DNA of 64,000 nt from Oopsacas minuta. Lineage: Eukaryota; Animalia; Porifera. The notes under the pieces were generated by a model. The model saw only the letters and a program-made list of their open reading frames with translations, ran no database searches and had not been told where the DNA came from. The position numbers were made by a program, and so were the translations under genes. This document shows, one piece after another, positions 36,901-47,479 of the stretch (position 1 is the first letter of the stretch; each line of letters starts with the position of its first letter). Location: contig JAKMXF010000255.1 of assembly GCA_024704765.1 (NCBI GenBank), positions 496,001 to 560,000 on the forward strand, given 5' to 3'.

Positions 36901-39771
36901 CTAATTCTGAAACACTTGATTTATAGAATTCATGATCGCGGGCTTATATTATTCCTTTTATGATTCGTTTATGATTTTGAATTATTTTTCCCTTGTTGTT
37001 AGCATGTACTTATATATGTACATATGCTTTACATATATATTTGAATTACCACATAGTAATCCGAATAATAACTCATTTGCCCTCAAGGATAGTACTTGAC
37101 CGATAATGTTACAAGCATTTATTTAGCATTATCATTATTAGAAATATTCAATTGAATAATTAATATATTAGTTATATTATTAACCTCCTTCTATTCTACC
37201 CACCTGTGTGGTTGAATTACTAAATTTTCTCTTTTGCTATTATATCGATACATCAAATATTTTTACTATTATTATTTGACTGCTTTTTTTGTACTTCCCT
37301 AATCTTTCAGTAAGTATGCCATACATTTATTCATATACGCACGTATATCTCTAATAACTTTATGTATAATGTAATTGTATTAACTTTTAGACCTGCTGGA
37401 TGGGATAATGAAAATAAGATAGCTTTCCTTGATGATCATTTACGGACGATTCAAGTTGACAAATCATATAATGCTGTAATAATGAGACCTGCATTCATGA
37501 AAGTAAGTTGTTTAAAGATTGTTTACCTCGATTATCCGCGCTCGTTCGGACCTGTCAAAAGTGTCCGGATAATCGAGGTCGTTTAAACATAGTGGAATAG
37601 GACCTGGGACCAGAGGGCATGTCCAGATAATCGAAGTTGTACTGTAATTAGAATATAGTTACTAGGGATACCGAGTACCCAATCACCAATTGTTGTAGAT
37701 AATTCGGCTTAATTGGGTCGCAATACCTCGTACTATACTAAAGTGACCCAATTGAAATGGGTCATGTTATGTGCTAATCTTGTTGAAATGATCTTTTATC
37801 ATTCTTTTAGCCTAAAGTAGAAGAACTAATAGATTGTGATGAAGACCAATTGTTCCTAATTGATGTTGAGGTTAGCTCAATTGGTACTTATTTACTATGA
37901 CTTAACCAAGTAGTGATCCCACTGATCAGTTAAAATAAATTTGGTAATATAACGGTGACTGTATTATATTTATATCCAGCTAGAAAAGGATCTCATGAGT
38001 ATACTCTGTCATTTGATACTTCAATTATTCAGCACAGGATATTTCTGAGGAACAAAGTTGCAGTTATCTCGATTACGTATCTCAATAATTTTGCTAATAA
38101 AATAGGGCTTTTCTAACCAACAACCTATTTAGTGATTCATGGCATGGACTGGCTGAAGGCTAGCTACCAACCAAGGTTGCTGGTTAGAAATCTATGAAAG
38201 TAAATACTACTCAATGAATGTAATACTGAACTACTTATTCTATGCTTATTGAATAACGACTAATTCAATGTGGCAGGCTTCATTGTACTTCTTAGCAACC
38301 CACTACTTCATTTTGTCTATTCTGTGGCATATAAATAGTCTTCGTCATGTAATAAAATTGTGAGCCATGTCCCCATTGGCCTCCACTTGAGACAAAAGCA
38401 AGTGGTTGGATATCATTTTATACACACAACTAGGCCTTGAATTCACCCACCTTAATTAAGAAACCTAACTACCTATACTAGCTAAATCAGATATACAAAT
38501 AATATTATATAATTACTCGTACAGTACTTCACTTGAATCCATGAGAGCATCCTGTATTGGCCGCACGGCCTGGGGACAATTCGAAACTCACTTTTTGATA
38601 TTTTTAGTAGTTTGAAATATTCGATGTATTACAGTGGAACCTTCATAAACCGACACTCTGAGACATAAAATTCTGTCGGTTTAGCAAATTGTTAGATTAT
38701 TCATATGGAGGTAAATTGGTATCCTCGGAAGCTATTTCAAATCAGAAACACTGTCGGAATTATCTTATAATACAAATATGTAATCTATGGTACTATAGGT
38801 TGGAATTGAAAAAACCGAGAAGACACCCCACAGACCTCCTGGCGCTCCCTCAACACACAATCAACCAAATTTGGTTTGTAGTAAATAATCTATAGAAAGT
38901 TTATGAATTTCCTTGTAATTCTATTATTTGCATTATTTATGTACATACTATTATTTTAGTCTAAAGGTCCTGCTTCATCTAGAACACCATCAAAGGTTAT
39001 TTAAATTATACTTTAACGAGCCTTTGGCTCGTCGCTTCGCGATGAACTCGGCGCATTGCGCCTCGAGGTATCCATTATCCTCCAAAACAATGTAATTCAC
39101 AAATATACGTATATGGCATATATCTTATTGAATTTTTTTGTAAGATCAACACCCTTTGTAGCCGTTGAGGACAAGTATCTACGTATATTTTGAGATTTGG
39201 ATAATTTGTTTACTTTATATTCATAAACACAACAAAACATTTACATATGATTAATCCAAAGTGTGAAATTTGATTCAGCATGTTCGTTATATTTAGTGAA
39301 GTTTTATTGAATTCTATTTGCTCTTGTTAAACACGATAAAGAAATAGTTATGCGCGACAATTTCTTTGACAACTAACAAACAAACAAATAAACAAGCAAC
39401 AATTGAGATTTATTAATATAGATTTGTATTCGAAATGTTTCTTTCTGTTTATTTCATAGAATCACCTTTAGGAATGAATAAAATTATACTTCCGAACACA
39501 TATACAATTATGTTTATTTGGACATTATCATCGGCCAAACAAACCGACAAACAACAACAATCGAGATTTAATAAATACACTGAATTCTCTAATTACACAC
39601 TGGTTCTTTGTATAGGGACCACCTGATACAAATTCAAACAGAGAGCCTGGAGATACAATGATATCTCAGTTTTTCAACGCCCTCCTACACAAGAAGGGAA
39701 CTTCTCCTAATAATGTGAGCCAAAACTCCTCTACCACTTCAGCACCCAATGTATCACAGACACAATCTTAG
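18992..39771 (+). CDS. DYNC1LI: Cytoplasmic dynein 1 light intermediate chain (about 11 exons; intron 7 = 23081-37390, 14.3 kb)
   Basis: Exons 18992-19059, 19193-19263, 19600-19737, 20556-20789, 22295-22467, 22530-22623, 22945-23080, 37391-37502, 37811-37870, 38960-38995, 39616-39771. Motifs [53 protein letters not shown]|[10 protein letters not shown] (phase 2 junction across the giant intron) and [11 protein letters not shown]. Small 3' exons are less certain. Confidence 0.9.
21630..21978. mobile_element. hAT-type MITE in DLIC intron 4
   Basis: Imperfect TIR sharing GGCGTAAACTT; perfect 8-bp TSD TTCCATTC on both sides. Confidence 0.7.
22115..22236. mobile_element. Short inverted-repeat element (GGGTTTCTAACCAGCAACCTAGG family); related copies near 12251 and 38106-38194
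   Basis: Left GGAGTTTCTAATCAGCACCTAGGTT and right AACCTAGGTTGCTGGTTAGAAACCCC are reverse complements. The motif recurs at three loci. Superfamily not determined. Confidence 0.6.
22660..22742. mobile_element. Tiny pogo-like MITE in DLIC intron 6
   Basis: TA|CAGTTAACATCC...GGATATTGACTG|TA; 83 bp. Confidence 0.65.
23701..26625 (+). CDS. RTK1: receptor tyrosine kinase with signal peptide, SRCR-like domain, mucin repeat stalk, TM and Eph-like TK domain; intronless, nested in the DLIC intron
   Basis: First ATG 23701 ([11 protein letters not shown]). SRCR-like WTYIC...W...YCREFGF...[14 protein letters not shown]; [31 protein letters not shown] followed by RRRIRK. Kinase motifs [40 protein letters not shown]. 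Confidence 0.93.
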   Translation: MKLIHILVILLSSLLIIESQSDCDTIGTLRSKTRRFFIVEYYTVQVCSDITDSLKWTYICYDSYWNLNSLDIYCREFGFQSAKIVSDLDTNSYRTTYNYEYGTEKIDNVNCTGDEETLLDCNYDTTTSSCNLIEYNPSDHCTNDSIPINTTTQPITSSTTSLPPETTTQPINSSTTSLPPETTTQPINSSTTSLPPETTTQPINSSTASLPPETTTQPINSSTASLPPETTTQPINSSTTSLPPETTTQPINSSTASLPPETTTQPINSSTASLPPETTTQPINSSTTSLPPETTTQSINSSTTSLPPETTTQSINSSTASLPPETTTQPINSSTASLPPETTTQSINSSTTSLPSETTTQPINSSTTSLPPETTTQSITSSTTKSPDTSTLFVVSTDSPKTKSSVDFITVSQVDMSTKSQVGVSIPSRDTTTSLPSNSIAAISDTTNDIITASTSINQIISAPNHLVTILPVLAIVVMLSVILIVIIIILVFLYRRRIRKGKSETDSHCYTMPVLSGLIQQSESYSIQQHTKDIGMLTETHLQDTNIYASISEHYKTNLDYAVVNPIPLDNEYAVCIPTSSTTEPYYLLDSRMYEGLIEGEVGDSELYGYLPGMDPQRLAQGLAAYETPAAYETPRLNVPAYFNNGIESYYIEPPKNLPELEDLFGHCMPEIARNEIKLEKEFASGQFGVVYRAVYHTEKGDIPVAIKTLKEAANSDTKVAFMREAAILAQFQHPNVLRMIGVLTTQQPYMMVTELLKTELGDLMRNLKKGQVHEKEDISPLLLRFSQEISAGMKHLSEKHFIHRDLAARNVLVAKDLTCRIADFGMSRELNSDSEYYTSSGGRIPLRWTAPEAVFFQKYSEKSDVWSFGMTLFEIWSLGEKPWGSDATNEDIVEAISTGRKLSPPTGCPRDVYSVMVDTWRMDPSSRPTFSHLLHQLTNIHLSAPPTTDPSQCLGNDLSLSKDHYLDLQQID
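24148..24852 (+). repeat. Coding minisatellite, 48-bp unit x about 14.7 ([16 protein letters not shown])
   Basis: Unit AGTCTTCCACCGGAAACTACAACTCAACCCATTAATTCATCCACTACT; 14 full units plus a partial one, with few substitutions. Confidence 0.97.
26867..26969. repeat. Foldback: 35-36 bp inverted repeat around a loop of about 30 bp, inside a hAT-like MITE remnant (about 26820-27053)
   Basis: CCGATATTATCCCTGGTCATGTGTAAGACATTGGG ... CCCAACTGTCTTACACATGACCAGGGATAATATCGG differ by one indel. Confidence 0.85.
27620..27880 (-). pseudogene. Transib / RAG1-like transposase fragment
   Basis: Minus-strand translation with a frameshift: [67 protein letters not shown]. This resembles the RAG1/Transib zinc-binding segment C-x2-C-x-x-TR...GVSAKP. 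No TIRs found. Confidence 0.5.
28158..28352. mobile_element. pogo-like MITE
   Basis: TA|CAGTGAACTCCTGTTAT ... ATAACGGGGGTTTACTG|TA. Confidence 0.75.
28853..31102 (+). CDS. RTK2: SRCR-like plus EGF-like domain, S/T stalk, TM and TK; intronless, nested in the DLIC intron
   Basis: Signal peptide; [10 protein letters not shown]...VYCRQNGY...[14 protein letters not shown]; EGF-like C...[12 protein letters not shown]; [33 protein letters not shown]; complete TK motifs. Confidence 0.93.
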   Translation: MTVIFKVIILVCSIHLFFVLSIKAIPCGLNGELRRFKVCPSCVFEFTLRVCTINQDAKLEWTNVCFRDSWDRGIVDVYCRQNGYTGSRDGFTPVKSRDMHGNDEYKLNNIVCSGSENNLLECVYQDTLDSCFYPLYSPSSDCIGEGMICSVTNCSACADREFCDNNNCICPPGYTGECCDIQQTAISTTGIISTTGTISTAITTTDYVVSTDSTNPVSMSESSTPNVVTPIVSSPHTRNTTTNSNIPPNSQTKLVYTLLASLLGGSLIIIVLASIICFLCIFLIKNSKPRAKNVPVDYEIPNLTLANNTQFVAEGSFTISPISGSQTQFGRNITISSYEEPQMIISTEPIYDEIFFENREGFLDQSSSSYHCSMEENTLYSGFVEGEVGDSVLYEQFHQINCEKFDHIPVLEPIDFEHPDDNQYYVMQNRIYYVEPPSSLPQLENVFEHCFNEIKREEIEMGAEFASGQFGVVYRAVYHTEKGDIPVAIKTLKEAANSDTKVAFMREAAILAQFQHPNVLRMIGVLTTQQPYMMVTELLKTELAELLLKFKVVTNSNNTGSNHSAQKLNLHPLLLRFSQEISAGMKHLSEKHFIHRDLAARNVLVAKDMTCRIADFGMSRELNYESEYYTSSGGRIPLRWTAPEAVFFQKYSEKSDVWSFGMTLFEIWSFGEEPWGSGATNGEIIEAISTGRKLSPPTGCPRDVYSVMVDTWRMDPSSRPTFSHLLHQLTNIHLYAPYPLQCLSNDSSS
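31765..34015 (-). mobile_element. Chapaev3-type (CMC superfamily) DNA transposon, both ends intact
   Basis: TIR CACAGGCCTACA / TGTAGGCCTGTG; 3-bp TSD TTA on both sides; 2251 bp; internal transposase on the minus strand. Confidence 0.85.
32051..33735 (-). pseudogene. Disrupted Chapaev3-type transposase
   Basis: Motifs [85 protein letters not shown] at 33735. Lesions: +1 T in a homopolymer near 33700, a frameshift near 33490 and an in-frame TAG at 32405-32407. Confidence 0.85.
34640..36616 (-). CDS. RTK3: SRCR-like domain, short stalk, TM and TK; intronless, antisense within the DLIC intron
   Basis: WVCVCTENW...VYCRQNGY...[11 protein letters not shown]; [28 protein letters not shown]; complete TK nearly identical to RTK1/RTK2. 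Confidence 0.93.
   Translation of the reverse strand: MSNWIRKQTRELLLLQVIVFCIAWRIVTAEVCVEVGTYRKDNASNEIQICYNENGDKSWVCVCTENWNALSLNVYCRQNGYSGGNEIHEEDLNQNTTIRLSLLLLNECTGNEDSLLDCNHILESEGCQYVRVNESEECKQYKAYTECNEDNITKNQICFEKRKINLAYLIGTPTILIGGLIVILSIFCAIGSVSTFYSRRKKKLKILQSSTNELNLQDLTIVNIGIENAVRFGELEQTSTDIAQNNTGEISSEIIQNSQYSEEDRILIESGEYSVLVEGEVTDYAIYEEISQIKNEAYEGLILRYNNIFPNYETSITTSKARTSSIYLEPPSSLPQLENVFEHCFNEIKREEIEMGAEFASGQFGVVYRAVYHTEKGDIPVAIKTLKEAANSDTKVAFMREAAILAQFQHPNVLRMIGVLTTQQPYMMVTELLKTELAELLLKFKVVTNSNNTGSNHSAQKLNLHPLLLRFSQEISAGMKHLSEKHFIHRDLAARNVLVAKDLTCRIADFGMSRELNSESEYYTSSGGRIPLRWTAPEAVFFQKYSEKSDVWSFGMTLFEIWSLGEKPWGSDATNEDIVEAISTGRKLSPPTGCPRDVYSVMVDTWRMDPSSRPTFSHLLHQLTNIHPSAPPTTNPSQCLGNDPSLSKDHFPDLQQIC
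39015..39424 (+). mobile_element. Helentron-associated (HINE/DINE-1-like) non-autonomous element; related copies at about 55985-56335, about 50185-50342 and a 3' end at about 21375-21445
   Basis: 5' GC hairpin ACTCGGCGCATTGCGCCTCG (ACTCGGCACTTCGTGCCTCG in the 56-kb copy); shared core GATTAATCCAA...ATTTAGTGAAGTTTTATTGAATTCTATTT; 3' TTGACAAC(GG)ACAAACAAAC...AATTGAGATTT. Family name is an inference from this architecture. Confidence 0.55.
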
Positions 39772-39772
39772 A

Positions 39773-39798
39773 CTCTCTCTCTCTCTCTCTCTCTCTCT
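39773..39798. repeat. (CT)13 microsatellite directly after the DLIC stop codon
   Basis: Read directly from the sequence. Confidence 0.95.
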
Positions 39799-41444
39799 CC
39801 CCCGCTCTCTAATCAAATTATCAAATCACATCACATTACACAAGACACAGACCGGGTCTATCCTTTGTACTATATTGATTTATTCTTTGTACTGTGCTTG
39901 TCATATAATTATTTCGTAAAATTACTTAGTTAATATATTAGGTAGACTAGTTATAATGAGGACTTATATCTTCCGAGTTTTCTAAGTTTACATAAATAGT
40001 GCATTATATGATTTATAGAATATACAAATACATATTTTTATGCTAGGCTGTTTCATATATTTTCTTCTATCGTTATACGTGCGATTATGTATCGGTACAG
40101 ATGCTATACCCGCGATATAATAGTCCTTCATTCGGTAGATAGGATATCTCTATCTGATAATTGATTATCAGTGGTCCGGTATTACTGGTTTGCTAATTAT
40201 TCCATCATCTTATGTTTCCGTCAATCTCTTCCTGTAGCGTCCACAACCTTGATTAGTGATTTCATCATTCGATTAAAATAATTCTCTTAATTATAATACT
40301 GCAAGTTTTGCTATCACTCTTTACCATATAATATTATGCAATGGACTTTTGCCATTTGGTGGGTATAGCCCTTCAAAATCCGATATATCGACCTTATGTC
40401 AGCCCCTTCTCGTCTGGACTCAGGACTGCATGATTTTCTCGAAAGATAAAAGTTTGGTGTGCAATTGTCCCCCAGAATATCTGCCACTGATCTTATGTAA
40501 ACAACTCTTGTCTATAGAAATTATCTGATATTCCCAGCTTTTTAATTAATCATATCCTAGGTGTTAAGTGTTAATTCATTGATTATAGTAATTTGTGTCC
40601 ACTTGTAATTTATTTAAAAGTTTCTGATATTTGGTTTTTAGTTGTTTAACAAATTTCGGTCTATTTTGGATGAAAATCTCATATGTCCCCTATTTCTACA
40701 TCTTAATCATTTATACAGTACCATATTTACTTACGCTCATAACTCAGTGTAGTACACTGCGTACAGTGTTGTCAGATCATAAACAAAGTTCATAGATTTT
40801 AGTTCTGTAAGAAATGTTGACATTTGGCATGAACTTTGGCAAGAACGGCGTAGTATTACTGTACTACATTTGTATGGGTGTATCACCACTACAGCTACTC
40901 AATGTGTCGGAGCAGTGAGTAGATTTTCTATTCAAATACTACGTACAGTAGAACTTGGATAAGACTTATGCTCAGTTAATACATACTCCTTCTTGCATAT
41001 ATCAATAAATTAGTTCCCATTCATTATAATACAATCCTTTTCGAATAGACGTATCCATTTTTGTTTTCCGAAGGGTTACGTCTACTTACCCTAGTTCTAC
41101 TAACTAATTCATTTTAATTATAAGACACTATCTTTGAATTATAGTGTATTTGGACTAGTAAGCTATCGTGGACAAGTTTGCTAGCAACTTAATTTTATGT
41201 AATCTGGTATGATGACATATTCAATTATTCATCTGATAATCCCACCACTCAATATTATTCAAACTATGCTCTTTTAGCCTAGCCTCTCCCAATATGTACT
41301 CGATTACACAAATGTTTGTATAGTGCTAAATTAAGAATCTGGTTGCTATAGCGTATTGCCATATGAAAATTACTTAAATAGGACAATATAATCAAACTGA
41401 ATTTACTGAAGTATATTATATTAATATTCTCTATCTACCAATAC

Positions 41445-44314
41445 ATGTATTATAGTATAGTTTTAATCGTGAGTTTAGTATTGAGTGTTTTGTATACTTG
41501 TGCAACAGAGAGTGTCTGTGACCAACCCAGTCTTTTCCAGTTTAATACCAGTTTGCTAGTTTGTGACAATGCATGTGGAGGTGAATTTCCTAATGTAGAG
41601 TCTGGTGGTATGATTAGTTGTAAGCTAAACTATCCTTCAAAATCTCTGTTGACTATCTTGTTGGAGCAAGGAGATTGGATCACTGGTGTTAGGATTCATA
41701 ACATCAATTCTGATAATGTAACTACTTTTTCTCTTGCTTATACTGATAGAGTGGGTGTGGAATTTATTCCAATCTCTATTGCTACTCTCTACAACTCTTC
41801 CCTCCCCTCTGGAGATCTCGTAGAAGTCAGGAGGGGAGAGTATCTGCTGATCAAATTTCAGAAGCCGATACAACCCTACTCTCTCTCAGTAAGTGTATTA
41901 TTCATTCTTTTATACTTGTTCTACTCGCGTCAACTTTCTTATGGTCTTGTATTTTCTTGTATAGTTTTGAGCCAGGAAATTAGTTTAGTTACTAATATGA
42001 TGAACCGTTACATGAACACATAAAATTGATAATTCACGAATTATGAGATCTATTAATCTAATGAGAATACTAGACTAGTGGTTATTGTGGTTATTACTAT
42101 TAGTTCTGAGCTGAGCTAGTTACATTAGAGACTAGTACGATTGTACTTGTGATACTGCGATAGTTTACAAGTATAGTACTGTTATCCACATCACTACAGT
42201 TGAGAGTTTGACCATGTTAAATTTCTCACAACACAGCTGTAACTAATGCGGAGCTATATGTATCAAGGTTTGAGGCTGGCAGCGTTCTTCCCTACGAACT
42301 GCAATACCGCACAATTTCTAATATATTATTGTGATGTTCCGATTCAATTCACTAATAAGTAATCTTTTTAGCATAAATCTTAACTTCGTTAAAAACGAAA
42401 ATACATAATTAACATATGACAGATTACAACATTTATCTAACCTCTGTTGCTATTAGGTATTTGGCTATGGAGCTGTAGGAGCAGAGGGTTGCATTTCGGT
42501 GGAGTTGTTGGGATGCTCCCCTTCCTCCCTCTCCTACCCTATTCACACCCCTAACCTCCTACAATACAGATTCCCAAAACCAGATAACTTACATACCGAC
42601 TCTACTGGTGTAGAGTATGGATATTTGTATGGAAGTGATGGTGTGTTGACTGACGGTGAGTGCATGCATTGTTATGATCACTTTAATATTCCTAAAATAG
42701 TGACATATAAATTTATATAAATTGGCGTTTGAAGGTACAGTAGAATCAGTTAGTACGTACTTGGCTTAAGACGTACATATCTACAAAGGTTTATCTATAC
42801 TTGTGCTAATTGTATAGGAAAAAATATTTAGATAAGACGTTCTCCGCTTAGGACGTGCTCATTTTTTTTCCCTGGAGGGTAGCAGTTCCCAACCTGGGGT
42901 CCAGAAACCCCTTAGCGATCCACGGAAAGCAGCAGGGTCCACGTATAAAAAGGTTGTTAACCGCTGCCCTGGGGATAATTATTCGAGTAGTATTACCGTA
43001 TTACTAACAAGCATCCTAAGTTACTGACTATACAAATCCTTAATTCATTTGTATGTAGGTATTGAATATACTACATCATCTGATTGTCTTAATACAGAAT
43101 GTCTAACCTGGTATGCATCAAGTTCTCCATCAGATCTCTATCTATCATTCTCTCTCTACCAATCTTCTAGCATTCTTATGATAGAAATAATCCAAATTAA
43201 CTCTACTGACAATCCTATTGATTCTTTAGCAATCAATTCACCTGGCGTGGTTCCCTCCTTTTGCACTAACTATTCTGCTACTCAATACCAATATTCCCTT
43301 ACGTTTGATAACCCTATTAACACGGATTACGTACAAATAATAATTAACTTCCATGACACATTAACATTGACTGAGATTATCTTCTACGACTCGTATGGAA
43401 ATAATGTATTGAAATCTGTAGTCAGTATCATTGGAGATGTGACGTCACCAGATTATCTTACAGCCCTAATAGCTTCTAGCTCTACTTTCATCGTTCTTCT
43501 TATTCTATTATTCTCTGCCATGATTGTACTGATTATACTTGCCTGTAGAAGCCATAGGAACCTTTCTAGAATTTCTAATTTCTACGATACTCTTACTCCT
43601 GAGAGCTTTGCCATATACACCTCTATTAAGCGTTCATCTAAACACAGAGAGTATGTTAATGTAGCTAGAATGGATTTGTCAACCAAGTTAGACTCTGTAA
43701 CTAAATCCTCTCAACCTCTTCCTAGAAAACCAGAAATCGTGTTGAAGTGTATGAGTGAGACTTCTTCTATAGATCACGGAGACTACGAAAAGGTTGAGCA
43801 AGTGCTTGCAGAGCATGAGTCTAGTAAAAACTGTACAAGTAATGATAGCACGAAATATAACACATCCTCTGTAACTAAGGATCTGGCCAATAATCTAACA
43901 TTCATAAATCATAGAGAAATCACTGTTAAGCCAGATAATAGAAAAATGAGTGACGTCATTATTTATGATTCATCTCACATCTCACCAGTTGACACACGTA
44001 AATACTCAAACCTTGAACTTACTTCCAAGAATTCACCTGGAGATGATGACCCATATACACCGTATAATCCCAATTTTAATGAAAATAAAATAATATCTAA
44101 AGAACATTCTCATGATCATATCCCTATCACCATGTCAGTGAGTAACAACCACTTATACAAGTTAGCAGCCTCCAGACATAGTCCTACTGAGCATGAGGCT
44201 AATTTCCAGTTTGTAGAGGATTCTAGTGATATTACTACTTCCTTTAGTGTAAAACAGCTGGCTGGTATGACTCTATCTCAACTGGATGATTCTATTAGTT
44301 CTGACAGTGTTTGA
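41445..44314 (+). CDS. Type I membrane protein with discoidin (F5/8C)-like and DDR DS-like ectodomain and a kinase-less Tyr-rich tail; 3 exons
   Basis: Exons 41445-41888, 42457-42655, 43059-44314, phase-consistent. ITGVRIH..NVTTFSLAY, KPIQ..., CISVELLGC (cf. CLRVELYGC), YGSDGVLTDG (cf. DDR GGLGQLTDG); TM LIASSSTFIVLLILLFSAMIVLIILAC; tail EYVN, DYEK, IYD. Confidence 0.65.
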
Positions 44315-44837
44315 TATTGTGTACATACATTTTTTGGTATTTTATATACTTTCGGGGTATGTACAATCGTACATATATATATGAGTTGAATTATTGTTGA
44401 ATTGTTATTATTCTCATAGCCCCACGTGTTTCAATATATTCAAACTGGCAAAAGTATTTGTATATTAGCATATGAGACATAAACTTGTTTCAATTTCTTG
44501 ACCTGTGATTCAACATACTTTTCTAATTCAAATGGGAGTGAAACCTTCGACTACTTCTCTACAAAGCACAACCCTGATGGAGTGTCCGTTGTTCAGAGGT
44601 TTCCCCTTTGGTGCATAATTATTAAGGAGACGACGAGTTAAACTATTTTTTAAATATTTTCCAAAAAAAGTTCATAATTCTCGTATTCAAATTTGTTTAC
44701 TTCAAAGTGTTGTTTATAGATCTCTTCGTTGTTTTGCTAGAAGTTAACCAGATTGTTTATTTCTATCATTTCAGAAATCTAATCTCTCAGTAATATTATA
44801 TATCACATCGTGAAAGTACTGTACAGATAATTGCTTG

Positions 44838-47479
44838 ATGAGTGGTGAAGATCAGGAATATAACGACTTCAATAAAGTTTGTTTTTCTCAGGGTTGAAAC
44901 CGATCGAGCCGAATATCAGTATTCTTGCGTTTGGTAACCGAATATTTAACAATTCGCCAAATTATATTTGGTTGCAACCTTTTTCTATTGATCATACGTA
45001 GGTGTCTTACTTTACTACATCAACATCCTACAAATATGTATTCGTTACATTGTTGTATTAGAATATTACTATAATCAATATAGCATTTTGACATTAAAGT
45101 TATATGAAATCAGGGATATCAGCTGTCTTCCGAACTAATCTAGCATATTAACCGAATACGACCGAGAAAATGTGTCATTTTATGACGTCAAAAGGGTGCT
45201 GAAATCTCGATTTGGGTGCAGGAATTGGTTAAAACAAAGTGATAAAATTCTTGTGTTCCTTTTCGTTACGAACGTAACAGCCGTATCGGTTAACATATCT
45301 ACAATATATAATACAGATATTATTGTTTCAAGGATTTGATAGAAGCGCTTAAGCTTAACAAGAAGAAAAAGAAGAGACCTAAAGACAAACCACAACTTCC
45401 AGACTTAGAAGCTCCAGTTGAGAATGGGAATCCAGAAGCAAATGTCTCCCTCTCACCCACCAGTCCTACCGAGCAAGATGGCGGTTTGTTAATTTATTAT
45501 ATTTTGCTATAACTGTTTGATTATGTACTCACTAATATTTTGTTTAGAACCTCCAGCTCCTCCTCTTAAACTCCCACCCAGGGTTAGCTTATTATTAGTA
45601 AAATACTAAAATTTATTGACAATTTGTTTTCGATGATTAATTTGGTTAATTTTACATAATTTTGTGTATTCGCAAATATTTTCGTTTATCAGACACATTT
45701 ACTTACAATATTTGATAGAAAAAGCCCAATAAACATGTTCACAGTCATACAGACATAGTAACACCAGTTTCCGCTCTCTCTACTATTGCTATTATTGCTA
45801 AGTATGAGGAATTTCCAAAGAAGAAGAAACGGAAGAAGAGAAATGTGAGTAGTAATTGTAAATCATGACATCACATGAGTGTCTCTATTTAATTACCAAA
45901 ACGACTATGAGACAGTATGTTAGTGCCTCAGCCCTGTCTCTAATGGTACCAACAAATTACCAGTGTCTGTTTTATTGAGATTCTTTCGTTTTAGTTTGCT
46001 TGTCCCAATTAAACGAAGTGTACAATTCATTCGTGCCTTTTTAAGTGGAGCCTACTGCATGTATATCTTAAACTGGAATATTATTCCTTACATTATGTCT
46101 TCTGTGATTAGATTACCTATTTTAGGATGCTTTATTTGATAATGTTGATATAACTAACATACTCGCTTCAATGGGTCTAGACAACACAGGAAAAACATGT
46201 GAGTCTAATCTACTTTATTAATTAATAAATCTCTTCTCATACTTTACCTAATAATTAGTTGATGCCAACCAGTCAGGATTACATCGTGATAACTATGACT
46301 CTCTCCAGTCATATGGCTACACTGACAGGGAGTACACATATGATGAGGTAATTTGTGTTACTTATCTACATTTCTTATTTAGTACGAGAATAGATTTAAG
46401 ACTTGGTAGAGCTTGAAACTTGTACGTATGTGGGATATGGATATAGTGAGTTTAGGACGAAATTCTTATACTTGATTTAGTAAATAACCTTTTTTCCGTT
46501 GAGCTGTCCAATTTCATTTTGGGTGCTATTGGAAAATGGTTCCGAGCTGCTTTATCGACTATCGCACACCCTGAGTGACAATCAGATTTAGTAGCTCTAT
46601 CCCATCAAATATATTAAATACTTCAATGCTGGAATAATTACTACAAGATTAAGTATGAAATTCAGGTTTCGAGGTCGCGCATAAATGAATAATTAATTAA
46701 CATACACACGTAGTTTGAATCATTTCTGATATTTACAGTTATTGGCACGAGCATTCGCTATGAATCCTAAGAAAGGTCCCGTAGAAAAGAAGAAATTAGT
46801 AATCAAGCCCCCTCAGGTGGTGAGGATAGGAGCCAGAACCTCTTTTGTTAACTTCAAAGACACTTGTAAAACGTATGAACTATATTATAATATTACTGAT
46901 TAATCTGTGATTTATTATTATGTCATTCTAGATTACATAGACAGCCTAGACATCTGCTAGAGTATCTTATGACTGAATTAGGAGCTTTGTGAGTAAATAC
47001 AAGTATCTACGTGTATTAATGTATATTTTTCTACTTTAACTCCTTCATTTATCTGTTATTACGTATATATAGTGGTGCTATTGATGGCAATAATCAGCTG
47101 ATTATAAAAGGAAAATTTAACGGAGCTCAGATAGAAACCGTCTTGAGAGCTTATATTAGTAAGTCTGTGTACTGAATGTTTTCATTAGCCATCTACCCCT
47201 TGTATCCATATGATATTCTTCGCAGTTTATTCATTCCATATATATTTGCTATTGCTGGAAAATTTGTGCTAGATTATATATATTAATGAAATCTGTTGAA
47301 ATATAATTATTGTGCTCATAGGAGAATACGTCATTTGTCACACATGCAGATCTCCTGATACAGTACTTCAAAAGGATCATCGTCTCCATTTCCTACAATG
47401 TGAGACATGTGGGTCTCGCTGTGCTGTCAACAGCATAAGACAGGGCTATGTAGCTAACGTTAGCAGAAGGACCAATTAA
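44838..47479 (+). CDS. EIF2S2: Translation initiation factor 2 subunit beta, multi-exon
   Basis: MSGEDQ..., Lys boxes KKKKKRPK and KKKKRKK, then DREYTYDE|[39 protein letters not shown] and the zinc ribbon CHTCRSPDT...CETCGSR; stop 47477-47479. Missed by the ORF track. Confidence 0.93.

Noticed and set aside
37980-38065. Possible extra DLIC micro-exon (LEKDLM...)
   Set aside because: Donor phase is incompatible with the next exon, and the gene is in frame without it.
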